A stretch of 49,453 nt of DNA, from NCBI GenBank assembly GCA_036388375.1, contig DASVRX010000188.1, positions 1 through 49,453 of the forward strand, written 5' to 3'. The position numbers were made by a program, and so were the translations under genes. Origin of the DNA: Pedobacter sp. Its GTDB lineage: Bacteria; Bacteroidota; Bacteroidia; Sphingobacteriales; Sphingobacteriaceae. Positions 38,768 through 48,200 of this stretch are shown piece by piece; positions within the stretch are counted from its first letter, which is position 1, and each line of letters starts with the position of its first letter. The notes beneath the pieces are model-generated. The model worked only from the letters and a program-made list of their open reading frames with translations, ran no database searches and was not told the origin of the DNA.

Positions 38768-39420
38768 TGAATAATCCCCAAATAAAATCGTTCGAAGATA
38801 TTGTCCCTGCTTTTAATTACTCAATAAAAGAAGTAATAAAACTCTCCAGAGATATAAAACCTCTCGATAGACGTTTTGATGCGGTTATAAGCGTGCGAAA
38901 GTCCACACGATTATTCAGGCAATTAAAATTAGCACAGATTGGAGATATTTTATCGTATGTGGCAAAAGTACAGGATACTTACCAACAGGACAATGGTTAT
39001 ATTCTCACACACCGGGCGACAGCATCTGCTGGCGCACGTCATCCTGTTGACATAATAATCAACACTCCTGTACTATCAAAAGGCGACTTTTACTACTATA
39101 ATCCGTTTGAGCACTCTTTAAATAATTTAAAAGAATTTGAAGGGAGCAACCTTACTAGGCATGTAAACAACATCGTTGACACCACAAATGCTACGATTAT
39201 TTGGTTTGTAGCACATAAATACCGTACACAAGCCAAATACTCAAATGCTGACTCGCTTGTATGGCGGGATGCCGGGGCATTAATTAATGGGATTCAAATG
39301 GTTTGTGGTGCGATGGGCTTGAATAGCTGTCCCATCGGAAGCTTGGGTGAGCCATTTATATCTGATTATTTTAACAATCAGGAAGGTATAGTTGGCGCAG
39401 GTGGACTGCTGATTGGCTGA
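38767..39420 (+). CDS. Nitroreductase / SagB-like FMN-dependent oxidoreductase
   Basis: RKS, SAGARHP, KY....SLVWRDAG, GLNSCPIG; TAATG coupling with the QueC-like gene. Confidence 0.78.
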   Translation: MNNPQIKSFEDIVPAFNYSIKEVIKLSRDIKPLDRRFDAVISVRKSTRLFRQLKLAQIGDILSYVAKVQDTYQQDNGYILTHRATASAGARHPVDIIINTPVLSKGDFYYYNPFEHSLNNLKEFEGSNLTRHVNNIVDTTNATIIWFVAHKYRTQAKYSNADSLVWRDAGALINGIQMVCGAMGLNSCPIGSLGEPFISDYFNNQEGIVGAGGLLIG

Positions 39421-40406
39421 AAAAATTTTTCAAATTCTAGATAAGCGTTCTCAAGGTTTGCCCTTGTTACATCAATGTCCTTTTCTTGTAGATTTTGATT
39501 TAAAAGATCTAAGTATAGCTGGTCAATAATTACGTTGTGGATTTTCTTAAAATAGACGAAAGAGTTGTTATTCGTGCATGCCCTTATTTTTAAGGTTTTA
39601 CTACCGATTCTTTTCATAACCTTTACCGCCTCAATCCTGATACTATATTGCTCTTCGGGAGAATCGCGATTGATCACAAGATCTTTACAAGCCTCTATTA
39701 ATTTCCATGTGTCTGCCATTAGACTCCTATAAAACTTTAGTTTGTTAGTCAGGTTGGCGTTATATTCATTTTCAACCTTCGCAATTTCTTTTTCAGCATC
39801 TTGGAAAATAGTTTCGCAACTCTCAATAAATTCCTCAACGTCACTTACCGTTGAATTAAAAAGACGGATTGGAAAACTGTTGCTCATTGCCTTAAATAAC
39901 TCTGTTCTTATAGTGAACAAATTTGGAAAAGAATTGTCAACTAACTGTAATGGGCGGATGTAGGAAAAGTCATTCCATGGAATAAAAGTATGATATCTGT
40001 CAGTAAGCAACTTTAAGCGATGCGAAATTGTTTTAAATCTGGTTTTGTACAATTCATCGTTAGCTATTTCCTTTAGTTCGTTTAACGATGATAACGTAAT
40101 ATTAGAGGATTGTGTACATCGGATGGCGCCTGCCTGAAAACCTGATTCCGACATTAATAGTCCCCTATCTGCTCCTATATCCTGTACAATTTGTTGTAGG
40201 GTTAAAACTTTATCCTTGGGGACTGCAGTTTTCCAAAGTTTACATTCAACAATCCAAATTACATTGATGCCAAAATGTGTTAATTTGACCAACACGTCAA
40301 CTTTATGAACTCCACGGACTCCCCTTACTGTTGCATCGGTTTCAGCTTGAGCACCTATTGAAATAAAAAAAGCAGCCACATTCTTTTGGTAGTCGTTCCA
40401 AGTCAT
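39378..40406 (-). CDS. Mrr-like restriction endonuclease with helical C-terminal extension
   Basis: G..GVHKVDV...IVECK.W...GLLMSESGFQAGA (Mrr_cat-type PD-(D/E)xK). Confidence 0.78.
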   Translation of the reverse strand: MTWNDYQKNVAAFFISIGAQAETDATVRGVRGVHKVDVLVKLTHFGINVIWIVECKLWKTAVPKDKVLTLQQIVQDIGADRGLLMSESGFQAGAIRCTQSSNITLSSLNELKEIANDELYKTRFKTISHRLKLLTDRYHTFIPWNDFSYIRPLQLVDNSFPNLFTIRTELFKAMSNSFPIRLFNSTVSDVEEFIESCETIFQDAEKEIAKVENEYNANLTNKLKFYRSLMADTWKLIEACKDLVINRDSPEEQYSIRIEAVKVMKRIGSKTLKIRACTNNNSFVYFKKIHNVIIDQLYLDLLNQNLQEKDIDVTRANLENAYLEFEKFFQPISSPPAPTIPS

Positions 40407-40700
40407 ATTCTATTTCTTTTTATTCCGCATAAAATTACCATATTATAAACTGACGAGGTGATTCAAAAGCTAAGAATCGTTCATAATCGGTACAAAGATG
40501 TGTCCAAGTTATACAGTGCTTTTTAGATGATGGCTTCCGTAAGCTTTAGAATAATTATAAAGTGACATATTCGCGAAGTGGTCAAACATCAATTGGGTAT
40601 CGGAGGATGAGTTCCAAACTTGTATAAAACTTTAATAGGAGCTAAAAAACTCCAAATCCTCATCCCGAAAGTTCGATAATTGTATATGACCCTCCACCAG

Positions 40701-40737
40701 GGGACAATTCGATTTTTTGATCGAATTGTCCCTTTTT
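40701..40737 (+). terminator. Intrinsic terminator-like hairpin
   Basis: Perfect 13-bp stem GGGACAATTCGAT / ATCGAATTGTCCC, 6-nt loop, followed by TTTTT on the + strand. Confidence 0.7.
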
Positions 40738-40765
40738 ATTTTGTATAACTTTAGCTTTCGGCCCT

Positions 40766-41147
40766 AGGTCTTTTGGTATCGCTCCTAATAAGACTCGCAG
40801 GAACTCAAGGATATAATCCAGAAGCGGCTTGAGATTTTTTGACTGTTGCTTCAGACTGGCTAATAAATCTAAGATTGTATCAAAAATCTCTGCTGATTTT
40901 GCGGCAGCTTTTCCGGTCAATTTAAATATGCTTTCAAAAATTTTTTTAAAACTCTTCAGCAGGACCGCAGCAGCTCTTTCCACAGTTGCCGCACCACCGG
41001 TAGCTAAAATCTCAATAATGATCTGGATGATCATTCCAATTATATAGCCCGTATAATAGGCTATTTCATCAATAGAAAATGATATGGAACTAGCGCTTTT
41101 GAAGAGGATTGACGGAATGTTTATAAGCAATGCCAGGTATTCTTCAA
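40766..41147 (-). repeat. Near-identical copy of toxin trunk segment 43264-43645 (truncated cassette; ORF 40660-41130)
   Basis: Constant 2498-bp offset alignment encoding IPSILFKSASSISFSIDEIAYYTGY...LLGAIPKDL. Confidence 0.9.
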
Positions 41148-41229
41148 AAAGTTATGGTATCTACTGGACTTTCTAAAAGTAGGGGACGATTATAAAAACT
41201 TAAAGTTCCCGATAGGAATCATGTTTTTT

Positions 41230-41487
41230 TTAATCGAGAGTTTGTTCTATGTATTCCAAACCTTTTTGCGTTATCGAATATTTCTTCTGATCATCTTGAG
41301 AAATCAGTTTTTCGTCTTTCATTTCCTGTAAGGAATTTAGCAACTCATGTGCCCAAAGTGGCTCATCATTTTCTGTATTAAAAAGACTCGTATTCAATAA
41401 TAGTTCTAGTCTTATTACTTCGATCTTTTTGGAGTTTGCTCTATTTATTGCCTCCAATACCTTCAATATTCTAAGTTTACTTTTCAT
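41230..41487 (-). CDS. Candidate immunity protein of the orphan toxin tip (winged-helix-like)
   Basis: 85 aa, 11 nt after the orphan tip; ends LQEMKDEKLI...YSITQKGLEYI. Confidence 0.55.
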   Translation of the reverse strand: MKSKLRILKVLEAINRANSKKIEVIRLELLLNTSLFNTENDEPLWAHELLNSLQEMKDEKLISQDDQKKYSITQKGLEYIEQTLD

Positions 41488-41498
41488 GTTTATTATTT

Positions 41499-42008
41499 TT
41501 ATCTTCCTAAAATCTCTCTGTCGCTTTGAGATAAATAATCAATTTCTTTTATGTCGGGATGATATAATGATCTTCCGCCGTTATCGAATTCGTGTAGTTT
41601 GTAATCTTCTAATGTCGCTGAATGTGCATTGTTATATACTTCCTCAGGAATTAAGTCATTCTTCGTGTTCTCAAATCCTATATTTTTATATCTTTCGTAT
41701 TCTCTCGTCTCGTGTGTAAAGAATTTTCTATCCCAGTCTGTGATTTCTACGTGGCCTTTCTGAATTTTTTCTAATCTTTCGATCATTTTTGTGTTCGCAG
41801 TAATTTCTTCAAATCGGCTCAAATGTTTGCGAATGATTTCAATACCTTTTTTAGTTATTTTAGCATCTTTCCATACTAAGTTCAAGATTTTTCCTCCGCA
41901 GTTATTAATATCAAAGCTACGTTTACAATATTTTCCGATAATTATTTTGCTAGCTCGTTTTGTTTTCGCCAAATCATCCAAATACTTCTTCGCCTCTTTA
42001 TTACTCAT
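41499..42008 (-). CDS. Orphan polymorphic toxin C-terminal cassette
   Basis: Begins inside the junction repeat shared with the full toxin; HLSRF...N..MIERL...D..FFTHETRE...NNAHSATLEDY resembles tips I recall from Rhs/PAAR/pyocin-like toxins. Confidence 0.72.
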   Translation of the reverse strand: MSNKEAKKYLDDLAKTKRASKIIIGKYCKRSFDINNCGGKILNLVWKDAKITKKGIEIIRKHLSRFEEITANTKMIERLEKIQKGHVEITDWDRKFFTHETREYERYKNIGFENTKNDLIPEEVYNNAHSATLEDYKLHEFDNGGRSLYHPDIKEIDYLSQSDREILGR

Positions 42009-42069
42009 TTTTTTGAGTCTTTCAGCGAGCTCTTCTACTTCCTTCTTTAGTCCCTCTAAATAGTTCTTT
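41990..42069 (-). repeat. Junction repeat matching 43067-43145
   Basis: Encodes KELFRGTKKEVEELAERLKKMSxKEA; the orphan copy carries one extra base. Confidence 0.9.
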
Positions 42070-42204
42070 ATTGTAGTTGTAACACCCGAAAGCAGCGAAC
42101 TACCCTTGCTAGGTCATCTATAATTTATTCATTAAGAGATATAGTAACACAAGAGCGAGACATTCGCTCCAGTGCAGGGTCTATGACTGTTTAGTATTTG
42201 AATT

Positions 42205-42226
42205 AAAACGCTACTTTGGGAGTAGC
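42205..42226 (-). terminator. Short terminator-like hairpin after the immunity gene
   Basis: Minus strand GCTACT-CCCAA-AGTAGC-GTTTT. Confidence 0.4.
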
Positions 42227-42240
42227 TTCAATTTTATACT

Positions 42241-42576
42241 TTAACTGTTTTCGGACACAAAATTTTCAAATTTTTCCATAAAATCTATAAACTCTGAAAA
42301 TGACCAAACAAAGTCAGCTTCTACACTTTTATGATGAGTATCAAAAAAGTAAACTTCATCTGGGTAGATACTTATGATAAAATCACTACCTTCTACTTGA
42401 TATTCAAATTTGCTATTTTCCGTTAATGCCTTTGATTTATCAATGATCATTCTGATCTCAGATGGGGTCCAGCCCCACCAGGCTATCTCTCTCAAAGCTT
42501 CTATTCTATTATCTAAAATTTCTACTCCATACATTCCTTGAATACCATAAGCATTCTTTGTGAATTTATATTTCAT
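42241..42576 (-). CDS. Candidate immunity protein for the EndoU toxin
   Basis: 111 aa, acidic/aromatic, starts 2 nt after the toxin stop. Confidence 0.65.
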   Translation of the reverse strand: MKYKFTKNAYGIQGMYGVEILDNRIEALREIAWWGWTPSEIRMIIDKSKALTENSKFEYQVEGSDFIISIYPDEVYFFDTHHKSVEADFVWSFSEFIDFMEKFENFVSENS

Positions 42577-42578
42577 AT

Positions 42579-45083
42579 TTACTGTATTATTCTAAATGGA
42601 TACGCATTAGTAATATTTCCTAAATTATCGACTTCTATTAGTATTTCAAATCTTCCAGAACTATCTGGGAAATTAAATTTATTATTTGCCCATTTTAATT
42701 GTTTTCCAGCACCTACTGTCTTTTCATACACCAAAGCAATTTCTTCCTTTACCCTTTGTATATTCCAATTTTTAGGAAACATCGATGATTTTGCCGTTTT
42801 TTCAATCCATTGCATTTGTTTATATCGCACGTCTATCAAAGCATCAAATGGTAAGTCATCAACTGGTTCTGTCAGTTCTCTTCTCACTCTAATATTGTCC
42901 CCAATAACAGAATGATTATGACCACCTGTACCTTTTAATTCTAATATTCCTTTCTCTGATTTTAATTTCAACTCCCCATCAAAATGCAAGTGAAATTTCT
43001 TTTCAAACTTACTTGACCACTTTGTCAAAGCGTTTCTTCTGCTTTTAATTTTATCAATATAGTTCCTCGCCTCTTTATCACTCATCTTTTTGAGTCTTTC
43101 AGCGAGCTCTTCTACTTCCTTCTTAGTTCCTCGGAACAGTTCTTTTCCTTCCTTAACTAATGCATAAATGTCATCGCCAACATGCACCGGCAGGCCGCCA
43201 TACAGAGGTTTTCCTTGAGGGACTTTTTTAATGACTACATCAAATTTATTAAAAAACGCAATAAGGTCTTTTGGTATCGCTCCTAATAAGACTCGTAGGG
43301 ACTCAAGGATATCGTCCAGAAGTGGCTTGAGATTTTTTGACTGTTGCTTCAGACTGGATAATATATCTAAAATCGCATCAAAAATCTTGGCTGATTTTGC
43401 GGCAGCTTTTCCGGCCAATTTAAATATGTTTTCAAAAATTTTCTTAAAACTCTGCAGCAGGACTGCAGCAGCTCTTTCCACAGTTGCCGCACCACCGGTA
43501 GCTAAAATTTCAATAATGATCTGGATGATCATTCCAATTATATAGCCCGTATAATAGGCTATTTCATCAATAGAAAATGATATGGAACTTGCGCTTTTGA
43601 AGAGGATTGACGGAATGCTGATTAGCAATGGAAGGCATTCTTCAATAAATTTAAAAAATGCTTTGATGTTTTCTTTGCTGAAGATGTTCAGTAATACTTC
43701 TATTTGGTTTTCTACAATTTCAATGAACAGAATTATATAACTCCCAATGTTCGCAGCTACATTTGCGGCTGCTTTTTGTATATCTAATATTGCATTACTA
43801 AGTATAGCAATTAAATCAAAGATACCTTTAATTGCCTCAATCAATCCATTTATAATACCAACTACCAAGGCATTGTACGCAACAAATCCAATCTCCAGTA
43901 AATTGACACCTTTTTTCAACGGGTTTTTGATGAATTCAATGAAATAGTCGATAGCATTGATTACCTGTCGGATAAGTTTTTCGAAGGTTTTTGATTTTAA
44001 AAAGAAACCGCCTTCCTGGCCTGTTTGTTCGTTTACTCTGGCCAGCAGTATTGCTTTTAAATTTTTCAATTTTTCAAGGGCACTGGCCGTAATATTATTT
44101 GCGGGAACCCCTTTAGAAACAACTTCACTGTTTTTTAATTTCTTAAACAACTCAATTCCCGGAAGCAACAGCTGCGGTTTTTCGACTGGAATACCTTCAT
44201 CATCATAATACCGCCATTTTTCGTCTGCCAGTACTAAGGCGCCCAAACCACCTGCAATGGTTTCAGCTACTACTTTAATACTTTCCATAGATAACTTAGA
44301 GGTATATATCACAACTTTGTCAAGAAGCCCTAATACTATTTTTTTTACTAAGTAAATTCTCTCCGAATCTTTATTTTTTACATAATCCGTAAGTATTTCC
44401 CGTAATGAGCTTTCATCTACATTTGATTTAAAAATGGAAGCAAGTTTGCTTATATTCCGATAGGGGAAAATACCGAGATTACTAATATTAGCACCTGTTC
44501 TAACCTTTACTACCGAGCCAAAATAATTGTTTTTGTCATTTACTTCAATGAAAAGGACAATTTCATTATAATATAATTCCGTAACTTCTTGGTAGGCTCT
44601 GGTAATTTTGGCGCCGTCTGTTGAGATGAACAGCACTACAGCCATCTGTTTCTCCTTCAAAACATCGTTAACTAACATTAAAGGGGTTTTAACAATAGCA
44701 GTTTTGGTATTTCTATCCATAACTTCTACGTCCTCCATTAAATCTAATGACTTTACGAAATACTTCGTACCTAATTTATATACTATGGTTTGTAAAGTAT
44801 TGGTTCCTACCTCAACTTGAGAATCTTGAAGTTCCGCGTATGTACCTACCTTTGTACTCTTAAGGTAGTCTACCTCGAAATAATCAAGTGTATTACCATT
44901 GTCTATCTTTCGATATATTTCTCCGTCCTTTTCAACTTCGTAGAAATGTTCCATAACAGCAGGAACAGTTGGATTCTCATCATCTTTAATGACCATGCTT
45001 TCATTAAAAACATATATATTCTCGGTCCTGTTAGAATAAGAACACCCTCCAAATACCTTAATGCCGTGCTCAATTGCTCTCAT
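42579..45083 (-). CDS. Polymorphic toxin with C-terminal bacterial EndoU RNase domain
   Basis: HFDGE...GTGGH...KSSMFPKNW...ITNAYP is the EndoU toxin pattern; trunk homologous to 9822-11939. Confidence 0.82.
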   Translation of the reverse strand: MRAIEHGIKVFGGCSYSNRTENIYVFNESMVIKDDENPTVPAVMEHFYEVEKDGEIYRKIDNGNTLDYFEVDYLKSTKVGTYAELQDSQVEVGTNTLQTIVYKLGTKYFVKSLDLMEDVEVMDRNTKTAIVKTPLMLVNDVLKEKQMAVVLFISTDGAKITRAYQEVTELYYNEIVLFIEVNDKNNYFGSVVKVRTGANISNLGIFPYRNISKLASIFKSNVDESSLREILTDYVKNKDSERIYLVKKIVLGLLDKVVIYTSKLSMESIKVVAETIAGGLGALVLADEKWRYYDDEGIPVEKPQLLLPGIELFKKLKNSEVVSKGVPANNITASALEKLKNLKAILLARVNEQTGQEGGFFLKSKTFEKLIRQVINAIDYFIEFIKNPLKKGVNLLEIGFVAYNALVVGIINGLIEAIKGIFDLIAILSNAILDIQKAAANVAANIGSYIILFIEIVENQIEVLLNIFSKENIKAFFKFIEECLPLLISIPSILFKSASSISFSIDEIAYYTGYIIGMIIQIIIEILATGGAATVERAAAVLLQSFKKIFENIFKLAGKAAAKSAKIFDAILDILSSLKQQSKNLKPLLDDILESLRVLLGAIPKDLIAFFNKFDVVIKKVPQGKPLYGGLPVHVGDDIYALVKEGKELFRGTKKEVEELAERLKKMSDKEARNYIDKIKSRRNALTKWSSKFEKKFHLHFDGELKLKSEKGILELKGTGGHNHSVIGDNIRVRRELTEPVDDLPFDALIDVRYKQMQWIEKTAKSSMFPKNWNIQRVKEEIALVYEKTVGAGKQLKWANNKFNFPDSSGRFEILIEVDNLGNITNAYPFRIIQ

Positions 45084-45202
45084 TTAATTTAATTTAATGT
45101 GGCTCTAATAACCAGAGCATCGTTGACCCGTAGTAATTTGCAACCATTGATTTGATCTCCAAAATCTAAATTTATTTTATTGGTACTCATTTTTCGTAGG
45201 AT

Positions 45203-45238
45203 AAAAAAACACCCACGACACGAAATGCCATGGGTGTT
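45203..45238 (-). terminator. Intrinsic terminator between large gene and toxin gene
   Basis: Minus strand AACACCCATGGCA-TTTCG-TGTCGTGGGTGTT followed by TTTTT. Confidence 0.75.
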
Positions 45239-45246
45239 ATTAATGA

Positions 45247-48200
45247 TTATGCCGGCCCGGTGGTTCCTTCTATTGCGTTCTTAAGTGCCTGTACCGAAAT
45301 TTGGGCTACTATCTGGCGAGGTGAATCATCAGTCGTCAGCTGCAGGTAACCATCATTGAGGTCGATGTTCTCAATGTGGCGGACTCCTTCTTCATTTGAA
45401 GTGCCAACCTGAGCCGTATTCTGCTCTATTTGTGACGACTGTGGTACCTGTTCCGGATGCTCAAAATCCTCCATATCTTCATTATTAAAAGGCAAAGCTT
45501 TAGTTACGTTAAGACCAATGCTTCCCGCCTGCAAAATAGTCATCGATGTCGGCACCCGTGTTGGCCATGCCTTACCTACCTTTTCGCCTTCAGTTGTACG
45601 CATCTCATCTACAATAGACATGAAAAGTTCATCACCGATGACCGGTACTTCGCCACCATTCCAGATCTGGCCTGTTTGCATGTAATACCTGACAGCTTCT
45701 TCAAAACCCGGCCTCACGGTTACAATGACCCGCGCCATACCGCTTTGCATAAAGGCCTTAAAGACGTGGTCATGAGTTTGGTCGTATTGGTACATCGTTG
45801 TCCAATTGTTCCGGTTAGCCCAATAGAACGGATAGAAATAATAGCTCATGATTTCCCACTCAAATGCCTGCTCGATGAATTTGACAAAAGCGGCATATTT
45901 GTCGAGATCCGCATTATTGTTGATCATCCCGTTTTCAAACGTTAATTTGGATTCGGTTGTATTATTCATTTTGTAAAAATCCTTTCCAAACGTTAGTTTC
46001 GCATTTGGGCTACTGGAAATAATATACGAGATACAGTTTTTTCGCAAAATAATATTTTCGATTTCCCTGTAAAAACCGGGATTAGATCCAAGGATGTGAA
46101 CACCGTTATTGGCTTCCATTGCCAAGTCTTCATTGTATTTTTGCAACGCCTCTTCATACGCTGACATAATTGCATTGAACGATTCCATTTGCCATTGTGC
46201 TTTTGCTTCGGCTGTCAATTTGCAACCAACACTTGCAGTTATGTCGCCGGCAACGTGGTTTCCTAAAGTATAAGAAACTGGAACTTCATTCACAAAACCA
46301 AAAATTGCAACCGAATTAAAAGATATCGACTGCGAATGCCAGCGCGAAGTATTCGACACCCTTACAGTTCCAACCGTCAACGATAATATGTTTCCCCCTG
46401 AATCATTATCACTGGAAGCGGTAAAAGTTCCCGAGGCATTAATCGCAGCATATCCTTCGGGAATCTTAATTTTACCATTTCCTGATATCGACTCGGTATT
46501 CATTAATTTCGCCGCAGCACCTCCGCCCATGATACTAAAAGAATCACCAACTGTAATGTATTCTGCTGGCATAGGTTTTACTTCAACATTGTAATAACCA
46601 CTCCAGTACTGCAATCTCGCATCATTTATCTGAGAATAATTTTCCAGTGTATGGGAGGCATCTGTTCTCGGATTTTTGGGCTCAGGCACTGCGCCCGCTT
46701 TCTTCTGATCAATTAAAGTGGTCATTGCCAGATTATGTAAACGGGCAGGTTCAGGAATCGAGAATTCAAACATTAAGCGTTTACCATAGTTCACGATCTG
46801 ATTCTTAAAAACTTTATCTACCCATCGGTACACGCCCACTACATGTTTGTCTCCTTTGCGGTTATCGAAACCATGGCTGTTGTTTTCTTCAAATTCTTCG
46901 AGGACCTTTTCAATACGCTCTTCCTTGACTTTGCTAACAATACGGTCTAATGCCCGTTCTGTTATTTCTTTCGCATTAGTTACAGCCTGCCGGGCACTTT
47001 CTTCTTTAGAATTATTTGTTGCGAAGTTTGCGCTTGCGCTCATGCTAAAAGTTTTAGGATCACCATACGTTGCAGTTACGCCTGCACTAAAATCCTTACT
47101 GCTCGCAATGACTTTTGCCACCTCGCTTTGCATCTCAAATCGGTCGACAGTAGAAGTATCGGTCAGTTGTTCCCTTTCCGTTTCAGATGATGATGTTTCT
47201 GTTACTTCTCTACGGCTCAATCTTCGGGTAGACTTTTCTTTAAACTCGCGGGCCATGATATTTTCAATGTGGGCCACTTCACCTTCAACATATCCTTGAA
47301 TTGTTTGCTCCACCTTGTTGTAATCAGCGATGCCAATTTGTTTCAGGCCAAAGCCGGTTGGTATAAAATGCTGCTCCGGATCTACAGTAGAACTTCCCGG
47401 TGTTCCCGGTGTTCCTTCTTCTTCAGATTCAGCAAGAACAGGGAACTTTATCATTCCTTTATAGATCGAAGTGAGTACAAAATTTGGAACTACTACAGTG
47501 GCCGTTTGCCCGTTTGTAAATTGAAAAGTGATGGAAAGCTCTTTAAGATTAGCACTGATTCCGCTCATTGACAGGTTCATCAAGGCATCATATCCCGTAT
47601 GATGAATAACTGTCGAGGAATTTTTGACCACAAAAGTGTCATCGTTTCGTGTCATCGTATACTGGACCGCAGTGATCTTCCATGAGGCATCGGGAATTCC
47701 GACCATAATCTGCAGCCTTCGTATAGCAGCTGACATGAACCCAGATCGCCTGCTTTTAATTTCATATTCAAAAGGCTGCAGCGGACTTGGAGTATTTGGT
47801 ACAGCTACGGTTGTTCCGCCAATAACCACGGTCGTCGTACCACTGTTCACAGTGTTTTGAGTATAATTATTCGTATTTTGATTTAGAAGTTGTGCTATTA
47901 ATGAACTTGTAGAAGAAAACGTTGACCCACCCGGCGAAAATGATCCAAATGTAAAACCGCGGTTTTGCAGCCCATTATCTTGGGTTTCTTCTTCATCTTC
48001 GGCTGGGTTGATGATACTTTCGTACGCGTCTAATGACTGACTGCTTAGGTAGTTCGATAAAAATTTAATATCCATCTCCTCTGTAAAACTAAATCCAAAT
48101 TCCGGCAAATCCGGTTGCGGAACTGAAGGGATTTGCTGGCAAGGGTCATTGGGATTATATACAGTATTTGGATCCTTAACATTGCACCATTGATTTTTAG

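Noticed and set aside
40660-40765. Short novel toxin tip on the 156-aa ORF
   Set aside because: Only ~34 aa, and it runs through a perfect terminator hairpin, so it is read-through into non-coding DNA.
45084-45190. 33-codon ORF and (ATTAA)3 repeat as a phase-variable 5' extension of the EndoU toxin
   Set aside because: Removing one repeat unit restores the frame but a TAA still precedes the ATG; the other unit counts I tried are out of frame.
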